A DNA stretch of 24,000 nucleotides from Providencia phage PSTRCR_121. The stretch is taken from sequence record MW385300.1, one strand, 5' to 3'. This document shows positions 15,757 to 23,675 of the stretch, piece by piece. Position 1 is the first letter of the stretch. Each line of letters begins with the position of its first letter. Made by a program: the position numbers and the translations under genes. The notes below the pieces were generated by a model. The model did not search any database, was not told the origin of the DNA, and was given only the letters and a program-made list of their open reading frames with translations.

Positions 15757-16459
15757 AAATTTTTTCAATCTTTAATGAAGCTTGATATTCAGCGTCAAAT
15801 TTGAAAACCTTAACAGAAGAATCAGGCATTTCAGTTAACAAGTCTTTTACACGGCTTTCAACCTGGTCTTCGGTACAATAATGTACTACGCCTTTTATAT
15901 CAATAATAACATACGCGTGGCCAGTCGATTCAGGTTCGATTTCAACAAGATCAAGTAAATCATCTTCGTTAAAGATATTACCAACATCAAAATCTTCGGC
16001 ATGATAACAAGCACGAGTATCAACCATTCTGATACTGATAACAGCATCATTATCTTCGTTAAGCTCTTCTACAATCCATGGAAGATCTTTAAGCGTATCA
16101 TAAATACGACGATTAGCACTGAGACGAGAACGAAAACCCGGATTCTCGATTTTATAGGTTGAACCAATTTTATACTGTGTTGCACGAACAGTTTTGATTT
16201 CAGTTTCAACGATGGTTTCAATAATGCCTTCGTCATGTTTAGTAAAAAACGCACACAGTTCGTTATCAATCTCTTCAGGTTCGATAACTTTACCGTCTTT
16301 CATTTCAATGATAACAACATCGTTATCTCGACCATCGACCATCATCACTTTCCATGGTTCTGAACCGATCATGTCAAAGATTTTACGATTTGTACTGCTA
16401 TCGCTAACAAATGCTTCTTCGCAATCAATTTTATAGGTTTTGCCAATTTCAAATTTCAT
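15755..16459 (-). CDS. Unknown protein with internal tandem duplication
   Basis: Start refined to 16459 (SD AAGGAAATATCATG). Repeats: 'KFEIGKTYKIDCEEAFVSDSSTNRKIFDMI' and 'QYKIGSTYKIENPGFRSRLSANRRIYDTL'. Confidence 0.75.
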   Translation of the reverse strand: MKFEIGKTYKIDCEEAFVSDSSTNRKIFDMIGSEPWKVMMVDGRDNDVVIIEMKDGKVIEPEEIDNELCAFFTKHDEGIIETIVETEIKTVRATQYKIGSTYKIENPGFRSRLSANRRIYDTLKDLPWIVEELNEDNDAVISIRMVDTRACYHAEDFDVGNIFNEDDLLDLVEIEPESTGHAYVIIDIKGVVHYCTEDQVESRVKDLLTEMPDSSVKVFKFDAEYQASLKIEKI

Positions 16460-16479
16460 GATATTTCCTTTTCGGTAAA

Positions 16480-16527
16480 TGATAGGTCCAATATAACACT
16501 TGAACCTATCATTGTACACTACTTTTT
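16480..16527 (-). promoter_or_regulatory. Putative early promoter, near-identical to that at 15709-15756
   Basis: Minus strand TGTACA (16513-16518) - 17 nt - TATATT (16490-16495); inverted repeat TGATAGGTTC / GGACCTATCA (one mismatch), 12-nt centre. Confidence 0.7.
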
Positions 16528-17209
16528 AACGTTGTTTGACAGATAACGGATCGATATCATCGCCTTCGGGAGCGTCTTGTAAACCCATAGCATATCGTTT
16601 GGCGTACTGTAACATCAAAATATCTTTAGCACAGTCATGAATACTATCATGCGCAATAAATCCATCAAGCGTACCTTTAGGCAGCGGAGTCATAGTCAAT
16701 CCACGAACTAAAAGCAGATTTTCAATAGCTGTGCGAAGATCACGTTGTTGCCAAAATTTGACTGGTTCTAAATTGAACGTATCAATATCCTTGTCTTCAC
16801 AACCGGTATCGTATTTGAACCGTTGACGAATCATATCAGTAACAAGTGGAAAGTCAAACGATTGGCCACGACAATATCCAAGAGATTCCCAAGGATTGAT
16901 TCCTTGTTCTTTCAGAGACTCTAGGAATGTCACAATACCTTCCATAACAGTAACATCAATACTAGATGGTTTGATGTTCTCACGCGCTTCTTGGGATTGA
17001 TCTTTCCACCAGTTTAATGTCGAAGTAGAAAATAAACGTTGACCCTTTTGAGAAGCTAAATCAAATTTAATACGTTTACCACGAGCAACTAATTCTTGGA
17101 ACGTTTCTACTTTAGTAGGATCTGGGTCGAATACAATCCATGACAGATCAATTACAGCTGCATTACTTGTGGACCCAAAGGTCTCAAGGTCAAAAATGAA
17201 ATCTAACAT
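16526..17209 (-). CDS. dexA: DexA exonuclease A
   Basis: 'FDLETFG...AAVIDLSWIVFDP...IKFDLASQKGQRLF...CRGQSFDFP...PLPKGTLDGFIAHDSIHDCAKDIL...YAMGLQDAP'; 227 aa as in T4. Confidence 0.96.
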   Translation of the reverse strand: MLDFIFDLETFGSTSNAAVIDLSWIVFDPDPTKVETFQELVARGKRIKFDLASQKGQRLFSTSTLNWWKDQSQEARENIKPSSIDVTVMEGIVTFLESLKEQGINPWESLGYCRGQSFDFPLVTDMIRQRFKYDTGCEDKDIDTFNLEPVKFWQQRDLRTAIENLLLVRGLTMTPLPKGTLDGFIAHDSIHDCAKDILMLQYAKRYAMGLQDAPEGDDIDPLSVKQR

Positions 17210-17391
17210 AAAATCTCCGGTTTAGGAAGTTCGTCTAAACTAACATAAAAGTAGCGATTTTCTAATTCAAGTGTTTTGATGATGCGAATAGCTTGTTCGG
17301 CTTTACAAATGAAAGCATGATATTCAAGTCTTTTATTTTGAGGTATTTTATCCAAAATTTTATACGCATCGTTAATAGTCAATTTAAACAT
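17203..17391 (-). CDS. Hypothetical small protein between dda and dexA (start uncertain)
   Basis: MFKLTINDAYKILDKIPQNKRLEYHAFICK...; several in-frame ATGs at the 5' end overlap the end of dda. Confidence 0.6.
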   Translation of the reverse strand: MFKLTINDAYKILDKIPQNKRLEYHAFICKAEQAIRIIKTLELENRYFYVSLDELPKPEILC

Positions 17392-18703
17392 AATACACAT
17401 TGTTCCTTGCACGAGTTACACCAACATACATCAGTTCTTGAGCTAAATCAGTTTCAGCATATTTCAAGATGCATGGAGTATACATAAACGAGTTATTTAT
17501 TGTACAGCCTTGGCCTTTATGGATAGTTGAAGCAGGAAGAGCTTTGATTTTATGGAACATATTCTTAATAGCCCAGAAATCTTTCCAGTGTGCTTTAACT
17601 TGTCCTGATTTGTAAATATCAGCAACTTTGCCTAAGAACATATAAAATGAATTAAGTTCTTGCTTATTATCAATCACGTTAATATAAGCAGTTTCGCCTG
17701 TATCGACAGAAGTAGCTTGGATAATATGAAAATTAATACTACGAACAAAATCAACGTTCTGACATTTAAGCTGCTTAGAGTGCTTTTTAATCGATTTGAT
17801 TTCGATTAGCTCGCCATTATTGAAAATGATTTCTTGATATCGTTTGCCTTCAAAAGTGATTTCATTAATCAATGGTTCCTGCATAACAACAATTTCGCCT
17901 TCAATAAAAGGCTCTTCAGTGCTATACAACCGTTTACGAATGATTGAATTCAGTGTATCAACAGAATCGTTTGTGTAAGCAAACATACGGGTTTCGAATA
18001 AGTCATCAGGAGATTTAACAACATCAAAATATGATGCCATAAATGTCTTAATGCTTTCAGACTTAAAAACACCTTGTCCGTCAATAACATTTTCAGAAAT
18101 CCATTTTCCATTTCTTATATCTGTTGCGACTTCAATAATTGGTGCATTTGAACGTTTAATTTCTGTTAAATGGACTTGTTTAAACCGAACATCTGTAAAG
18201 AATCGTGATTTAGTTCCATCGCTAGGACGTAACTGAGCATCGTCGCCAATACCAATAATAATCGTCCATGGCATAACAGAATTCATCAAAATTTCAAATA
18301 GTTTTAAGTCGTACATTGAAGCTTCTTCGCAAATCAACACCCGAATTTTAGACAAATCCGGCGCTTGTTTTTGTTCGAAGAATTGTTTTTCTTCATATGT
18401 GGTTGGGTTAATTTTAAGAATGCTGTGGATAGTCGAAGCTTCTTCACCAACAATATTAGACAATACCTTTTTAGCTTGGTGTGTTGGAGCAGCAAGAGCT
18501 ACACCAGGTATTCCATTTTCAGTTAACCATGAAACCAAAAATTTCATCATGGTTGTTTTACCAGTACCAGCTGGACCATTTATTGTTAAGTGCTGAACCT
18601 TTGCTGTATGAACTCCGTTAAGCTCGTTAGCTTTTAAAATAAGACTTTTAGCATGTTCAAATGCATTTCTTTGACCTTCTGTTAGTTGGTCGATTGTAAT
18701 CAT
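17384..18703 (-). CDS. dda: Dda DNA helicase (SF1)
   Basis: Walker A 'GPAGTGKTTMMKF', 'ICEEASM', 'GDDAQLRP', 'TIHKGQGCTINNSF', 'MYVGVTRARNNVYYV'; 439 aa. Confidence 0.96.
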   Translation of the reverse strand: MITIDQLTEGQRNAFEHAKSLILKANELNGVHTAKVQHLTINGPAGTGKTTMMKFLVSWLTENGIPGVALAAPTHQAKKVLSNIVGEEASTIHSILKINPTTYEEKQFFEQKQAPDLSKIRVLICEEASMYDLKLFEILMNSVMPWTIIIGIGDDAQLRPSDGTKSRFFTDVRFKQVHLTEIKRSNAPIIEVATDIRNGKWISENVIDGQGVFKSESIKTFMASYFDVVKSPDDLFETRMFAYTNDSVDTLNSIIRKRLYSTEEPFIEGEIVVMQEPLINEITFEGKRYQEIIFNNGELIEIKSIKKHSKQLKCQNVDFVRSINFHIIQATSVDTGETAYINVIDNKQELNSFYMFLGKVADIYKSGQVKAHWKDFWAIKNMFHKIKALPASTIHKGQGCTINNSFMYTPCILKYAETDLAQELMYVGVTRARNNVYYV

Positions 18704-18981
18704 AAAATACTCACCTTCTTGACGTGTACCGTTTTTAAAATCCGTGTATATTGTTCTTTAATAACATCTGGTAATCGTTCGTATGTTATTTCCTTTTTAA
18801 AGAACCTACGTTTTATTTTAACTTTAGGTTTTAAAAGCTCTTTGTAATATTCTTTAACAAAAGAGACCGCCTTAATAGCGGTCTCGTTATTATCGAATAT
18901 CATATAAGTGTTTTCGTTAGGTTTCTTTACATACTCAATATACCCAGATTTATCTTTATAGACTACTGCGTATGCGTTCAT
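18700..18981 (-). CDS. Hypothetical protein upstream of dda
   Basis: 93-codon ORF, ATGA-type overlap with dda. Confidence 0.65.
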   Translation of the reverse strand: MNAYAVVYKDKSGYIEYVKKPNENTYMIFDNNETAIKAVSFVKEYYKELLKPKVKIKRRFFKKEITYERLPDVIKEQYTRILKTVHVKKVSIL

Positions 18982-19543
18982 AAATTTCTTTAACCAATTC
19001 TTTTTTAGTTGATTCTAACGGAATACCGTATTTCAATTTTAACTTATCGATAAAACCAGCATTCATAATACGTTCAATGCTATTTGTAATACGGATAATT
19101 CTGTTATGATATAAACCAATATTTTTCTGGGATTTAGCGTGAATTTCTACATATTTGTCAAAACGACCTTTATATCTTGGTGTAAGGCTATCTAACATGA
19201 TATCAACCGAAGTTCTAATATCATATGTAGGTTTGCCAAGATATGGGTCTCGACAGATTGCTTTGAGATCGTCAAGAGAATGATCAGCTCTCATAGTATT
19301 ATATTTCATTTTAACCGGAACAACATTACCTCTGACATAGCCTTTATTATTATCTACACGTTCATATGTCAGCTTGTCGTCATGTTGAGCTTTTTTATTC
19401 TGGAATTTTTCACCAGAATAAGCACAATATTTTTGAGATGAAATATTGTTGACATCACGAAGACTTAAATTAAAATCCAAACCACGGCGTTTTGCACTAA
19501 TACGGATTTGTTCTAATTTACGGTAACATTGTTCTGGTTTCAT
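18956..19543 (-). CDS. HNH-like nuclease domain protein, possibly lacking the usual zinc cysteines
   Basis: 'CAYSGEKF...LTYERVDNNKGYVRGNVVPVKMKYNTMRADHSLDDLKAIC' resembles HNH '...DRIDNxKGYxxxNVVPVCxxCNxxR'. Confidence 0.7.
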   Translation of the reverse strand: MKPEQCYRKLEQIRISAKRRGLDFNLSLRDVNNISSQKYCAYSGEKFQNKKAQHDDKLTYERVDNNKGYVRGNVVPVKMKYNTMRADHSLDDLKAICRDPYLGKPTYDIRTSVDIMLDSLTPRYKGRFDKYVEIHAKSQKNIGLYHNRIIRITNSIERIMNAGFIDKLKLKYGIPLESTKKELVKEIYERIRSSL

Positions 19544-19546
19544 ATA

Positions 19547-20071
19547 TTAATACCCACGTTTTTGACGATTGAAATTCTCTGCGTTCTTCAAATAATATAA
19601 CACGAAAATCTCTTCAGCGTCCAAACCAAGAGCAATTAATTTATTCATAAAGAAATGAACCTGGTCAATCATCTCAAATTTGACTTCGAGTTGGTCAGCA
19701 GGAGACAGATCATCAAAATTCTTATTGAACATTTCTTCATGGCGAGCTTTCCACGGTTTCCAGACTGCAGATGCATCTTTCTCACCATTAGACATACCGC
19801 CTAGTGAAGTATAAAGCTCGCGAGTTTCGTCGGCGATATAATCATCTTGATTCCGCATCCACGTCAACAGATCACCACATGTTTTCAGGTCAGACGGAGA
19901 GCGGTTTGTTTCTGGTTTATTTGCGGCCAGATATTCTTGTAATGATTCCTGCATATCCATCATTGACTGCAGAGGGTTTTTACCCATTGATAAAAGCATG
20001 TTATAAAGTGTTTGTGCTTTTTTTACATCTTCTTGATTTACTAACGTTGAACATTCATTAAAATGTGCCAT
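19547..20071 (-). CDS. 56: dCTPase/dUTPase gp56
   Basis: 'MAHFNECSTL...DPLQ-like NPLQSMMDMQ...SWMR-like TWMRNQ...LYTSLGGMSNGEKDASAVWKPWKAR...MSPEDQLEIKFE-like LSPADQLEVKFE...EEIFVLYYLKNAENFNRQKRGY'. Confidence 0.95.
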   Translation of the reverse strand: MAHFNECSTLVNQEDVKKAQTLYNMLLSMGKNPLQSMMDMQESLQEYLAANKPETNRSPSDLKTCGDLLTWMRNQDDYIADETRELYTSLGGMSNGEKDASAVWKPWKARHEEMFNKNFDDLSPADQLEVKFEMIDQVHFFMNKLIALGLDAEEIFVLYYLKNAENFNRQKRGY

Positions 20072-20082
20072 TCTTTTTCCTT

Positions 20083-20114
20083 AAATAAAAATAAGACGAG
20101 CTAGTCGTCTTATT
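20083..20114 (-). terminator. Rho-independent terminator just upstream of gene 56
   Basis: Minus strand AATAAGACGA-CTAGC-TCGTCTTATT followed by TTTATTT; arms 20090-20099 and 20105-20114. Confidence 0.75.
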
Positions 20115-20129
20115 ATATCAAAATTATTT

Positions 20130-20669
20130 TTATGCTACTTCACGAAGTGATTTTTTCCAATCAACATTTGTTGACGCAGCTTCGCCAATTAATACATAGT
20201 AATTGTCTGAGCTCCAAACTGATCTGTCGTCAATAATATAAGGTTTTTTAGTATATGCATAAATCGTCCCAGAATGGTCCATTGCAATATATTTTGTATT
20301 TTCTGGTACATACATCTTTTTATTAAAATAATCTACTTCTTTTGTTACGCTTTTATTACCGTCTAATTCAATATATTGACTGTTTGTTATTGCTTCTTCT
20401 TCGGTCGCAAACACACGCTTATTGTCAATTTCGTCTTCACTACCGATCATATAAAGTACCTTTAAGCTTTCTGATGCAGTATAAAGATCTTCATGGTTAT
20501 ACGCATTTTCGTAGCCATTTGACCATCTAACAATTAATGGAAGACAACCATCCCAATCACGAACTTCAATAACAGTTCCAATCGTATTGTCTGGATTATT
20601 ATTAGCGCCGTTGGCAAAGGACGAGGTTTCTTTCAGTTTTACTTTATCGTTCAAGTTAAATGTTTTCAT
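20130..20669 (-). CDS. Hypothetical protein, N-terminal SH3/KOW-like segment
   Basis: 'LNDKVKLKETSSFANGANNNPDNTIGTVIEVRDWDGCLPLIVRWSNGYENAYNHEDL'. Confidence 0.7.
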   Translation of the reverse strand: MKTFNLNDKVKLKETSSFANGANNNPDNTIGTVIEVRDWDGCLPLIVRWSNGYENAYNHEDLYTASESLKVLYMIGSEDEIDNKRVFATEEEAITNSQYIELDGNKSVTKEVDYFNKKMYVPENTKYIAMDHSGTIYAYTKKPYIIDDRSVWSSDNYYVLIGEAASTNVDWKKSLREVA

Positions 20670-20670
20670 A

Positions 20671-21492
20671 TCAAAATCTCTTTGTGTTAATCATAATTGC
20701 AATAATACCTGTCTCATCTGAAACAGTTTTCAGTTTAAATGGCAAATCGCCATAATAAGTAGCGATATTAAATCCGTTGATATCTTTATGAATAGGGATA
20801 TAAGAATAATACTTTGAATTTTTGTATTGCGAATAACATTCAGGCCCTTTTCTATCGAGGCCATAGGTATCACAACAATTCTTGTAAAATTCTTTGTTAT
20901 AGTTCTTATTATATTTTTCTAAATCAAAAATACCAATTTGACCAGAATCAACTAAACTATTATGCTTAGTTGGTTTAACATACTTAAATGTTTTATGAAT
21001 ATTTTTCTGAGAAAATCGATCATCATCTTGATAACCTTTATGAACCATAAACATTGAACTACAATGTCTTTGTATACGACCTTCATTAAAATGTTTAATA
21101 ACGTCAGAATCAAAGAAAGACGGTGCGCTTTTTAATTGAAAAGCATACGTAATGACATCCGCTATATCTTTTTCATTGAACGTTTTAATTTGTTCCATGC
21201 GATGTTCAAGTAAGTTATCATAATCGACATCTATATTATACTTGTCGAAAATACGTTTTATTTTTATTTTAGTTTCATTTTTATATTCTTCGATTTCTTC
21301 CATTTGACGGTTTACATATTCAATAAAACGTAAATCGACCGGGAAGAAACCGCAGGCTTTCCAGTCACCAGGTTTAATAGACATTTCAGTCGAGCACCAT
21401 GTCCCAGGTTTATAACAAGGGTCTGTTAATAATACTCGTTCAGGCAAATTAACGAAATCGGACCAATCGGAAAATTGAGGAATAATTTTCAT
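20671..21492 (-). CDS. Hypothetical protein with 'LLTDPCY' motif
   Basis: Start refined to 21492 (SD AAAGGAAG); 'ERVLLTDPCYKPGTWC...'. Confidence 0.7.
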   Translation of the reverse strand: MKIIPQFSDWSDFVNLPERVLLTDPCYKPGTWCSTEMSIKPGDWKACGFFPVDLRFIEYVNRQMEEIEEYKNETKIKIKRIFDKYNIDVDYDNLLEHRMEQIKTFNEKDIADVITYAFQLKSAPSFFDSDVIKHFNEGRIQRHCSSMFMVHKGYQDDDRFSQKNIHKTFKYVKPTKHNSLVDSGQIGIFDLEKYNKNYNKEFYKNCCDTYGLDRKGPECYSQYKNSKYYSYIPIHKDINGFNIATYYGDLPFKLKTVSDETGIIAIMINTKRF

Positions 21493-21521
21493 TATACTTC
21501 CTTTAACAATATTAAACATAA

Positions 21522-21995
21522 TTACCTCAAAATATTTTTAGCCAACTCACAATCATAATGTGTTAATCCGATAAGACCATTTACATTAACAAAATGATAA
21601 TCCATTTCATAAACGTAATGTTGTATCGAATCTTCTATGACAACCCAATGTTCTAAATTATGTTCATTGACATAATCCATTACATGATATCCACGTTGTC
21701 GTCCACCGCCTGTAGATGCTATTGTATCATATACTTCGATATTGAGCACTTTAGAAATTTCAGACTCACGGTTTTTATCTCTAGGATTTGCCCATGATGA
21801 AATAAGAACAACCTTCGCATTTGTATCTTCCAGTAATTTATGGAATCTAGCAAGCTCGTGTGTTCCGATATATCCAAATCTACAATAAGTCGAAAGATCA
21901 TCGTTAAAGCACGATCTTTGACTGTTTAACACTCCATCGATATCAAGAAAGATCACTTTCGATTTTGACAGAGCTTGGTCGTTTGAAGAATGCAT
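21522..21995 (-). CDS. HAD-superfamily-like small phosphatase
   Basis: Start refined to 21995 (SD AGGAAG). 'KVIFLDIDGVLNSQ' (DxDG), 'KVVLISSWA', 'WVVIEDS'. Confidence 0.75.
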   Translation of the reverse strand: MHSSNDQALSKSKVIFLDIDGVLNSQRSCFNDDLSTYCRFGYIGTHELARFHKLLEDTNAKVVLISSWANPRDKNRESEISKVLNIEVYDTIASTGGGRQRGYHVMDYVNEHNLEHWVVIEDSIQHYVYEMDYHFVNVNGLIGLTHYDCELAKNILR

Positions 21996-22731
21996 GTGTA
22001 TTATCTTCCTTAGCTTGTTCGAAGGTTGCTTTAAATTCAATTGTACCACGATAATCTAACGGTATACATTTCGGTAATGAACCATATACAGTTGATTTAT
22101 TTTCGAGTTCTACGGCCATTTTAGAAGTTACACCGTAAAAATCTTCATAGGTTTTTACCCGGACAATAGTACCCTTTACAGTCTGTTTGCCCTCAGGAGC
22201 AATTCCTTTATCTTTTTTAGTTTCGGCATATAAATCATCAAACACTTTTTCAGAATATTCCTGGATTGCTTTCAGGATTTCCTTGTGTGTTCTTACCTCA
22301 ACCATACAGACTGGAGTATCGAGTACTGCCCATCTTTTGTACGGAGGTTTAGTTTCGATATAAGAATTTTCTAATAGTACATTATACATTTCTTCTGTCA
22401 GACGAAGTTTCCAAAATCCATGTTCAAACGTATAATCAGGTTTTTCCATATCATCCCATTCGTCAGTAACCGGGAGATATTGACCACCACCATATTCATC
22501 AATTGAACCAGTACGAGGATGTTCCCAAAGGTAACCATCAAATGGCGCATGCAAACGACCGTCCTTACCTTCGGTAGGTTGTACTGTTCTTATACCTAAG
22601 TCTTTTTGTAGTTTTGAATTCATCATCCAACCAGCATTAAGCTCTTCGGCCCGTGCAGCGATATGTTGACGATGTTCTTTGTATGCTTTTTTACGGGCTT
22701 TGATTAAACCGGTAATAATTTCGTTAAACAT
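21943..22731 (-). CDS. Hypothetical protein
   Basis: Start refined to 22731 (SD GGAGGATTTATG); MFNEIITGLIKARKKAYKEHRQHIAARAEELNAGW... Confidence 0.75.
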   Translation of the reverse strand: MFNEIITGLIKARKKAYKEHRQHIAARAEELNAGWMMNSKLQKDLGIRTVQPTEGKDGRLHAPFDGYLWEHPRTGSIDEYGGGQYLPVTDEWDDMEKPDYTFEHGFWKLRLTEEMYNVLLENSYIETKPPYKRWAVLDTPVCMVEVRTHKEILKAIQEYSEKVFDDLYAETKKDKGIAPEGKQTVKGTIVRVKTYEDFYGVTSKMAVELENKSTVYGSLPKCIPLDYRGTIEFKATFEQAKEDNTHAFFKRPSSVKIESDLS

Positions 22732-22761
22732 AAATCCTCCGTTAATAAAAAGTTCAAAACA

Positions 22762-22790
22762 ATCATAACATAACATTCTTGGGTTGTAAA
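22762..22790 (-). promoter_or_regulatory. Putative early promoter
   Basis: Minus strand TTTACA (22785-22790) - 17 nt - TATGAT (22762-22767), directly after a terminator. Confidence 0.7.
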
Positions 22791-22801
22791 CCATTAAAAC
22801 G

Positions 22802-22825
22802 AAAAAGGAACCTTCGGGTTCCTTT
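22802..22825 (-). terminator. Rho-independent terminator
   Basis: Minus strand AAAGGAACC-CGAA-GGTTCCTTT then TTC. Confidence 0.85.
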
Positions 22826-22828
22826 ATT

Positions 22829-22996
22829 TTAGATATATGGTTCAGAGATTTCACGATCATCTCTAACTATCTCATCTTCAATGAGTTCACCAGACCAGTA
22901 GTCGTCTAATGCTTCTTGTTCAGATTCTGCTTCAACCAGATAGGTCTGATAACCACGCACATAACCTGAAAATGGAACTGTTACTTTATACTTCAT
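22829..22996 (-). CDS. Hypothetical protein
   Basis: MKYKVTVPFSGYVRGYQTYLVEAESEQEALDDYWSGELIEDEIVRDDREISEPYI; overlaps the upstream stop. Confidence 0.65.
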   Translation of the reverse strand: MKYKVTVPFSGYVRGYQTYLVEAESEQEALDDYWSGELIEDEIVRDDREISEPYI

Positions 22997-23672
22997 ATAA
23001 TGGCACCACTTGTTCGACTTCAGCAAAGTCTTCAATTTGACCGTAAAAATCTAAAGCAGAAGTAGCTTTGATGTAGTATTCGCCTGAAGACGTTTGGACT
23101 TCGTAAAGATAAGGTTGACGAACTTCAGGATCAAACATTTTTGTGTAAGCTTCAACCAGTTTCAGATCTACCTCATACAATGAATCGGGTTTAGTAAATG
23201 AAGCTTCAATTGCCATGAATTGATCTGGAGTAGCGAAATGCCATTGAGCTGTATCACCTGTATGAGCACAATTAAATCTACTATTAGTAGTAATACAACA
23301 TTGGTTTTCGCCATTTTCATCAGTAATGTTAACTAATGACCGGCTATCATTTTCCGAAGTCTTAACCGGATAAAATTTTCCAGTGATAAATCTTCCTGGT
23401 TTAACTACTTTAGTCCCTTTATCTAAATAAATGTAAGTTTCTTCAAACTCGTTTTCTGTTAAAATCCAGTAATCACCTAAGACTGCACATTTATAATGAC
23501 CATGCTCAGTGGAAAAAATGATAAACACATTATCACCTTCATCATCTGTAATTGTTCCACTGCTAACATTTCGTGGGTCAGATTTTATCGTAGGATTTTT
23601 CACTTCATACTTTTTATATGGAGTAAATTTATATCGTGGATTTTTTACTTCTGTTGCATAAACATAATACAT
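22986..23672 (-). CDS. Hypothetical protein with apparent internal domain duplication
   Basis: 'KFTPYKKYEVKN...SGTITDDEGDNVFIIFS' and 'RFITGKFYPVKT...LVNITDENGENQCCITT'. Confidence 0.7.
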   Translation of the reverse strand: MYYVYATEVKNPRYKFTPYKKYEVKNPTIKSDPRNVSSGTITDDEGDNVFIIFSTEHGHYKCAVLGDYWILTENEFEETYIYLDKGTKVVKPGRFITGKFYPVKTSENDSRSLVNITDENGENQCCITTNSRFNCAHTGDTAQWHFATPDQFMAIEASFTKPDSLYEVDLKLVEAYTKMFDPEVRQPYLYEVQTSSGEYYIKATSALDFYGQIEDFAEVEQVVPLYEV

Positions 23673-23675
23673 ATG

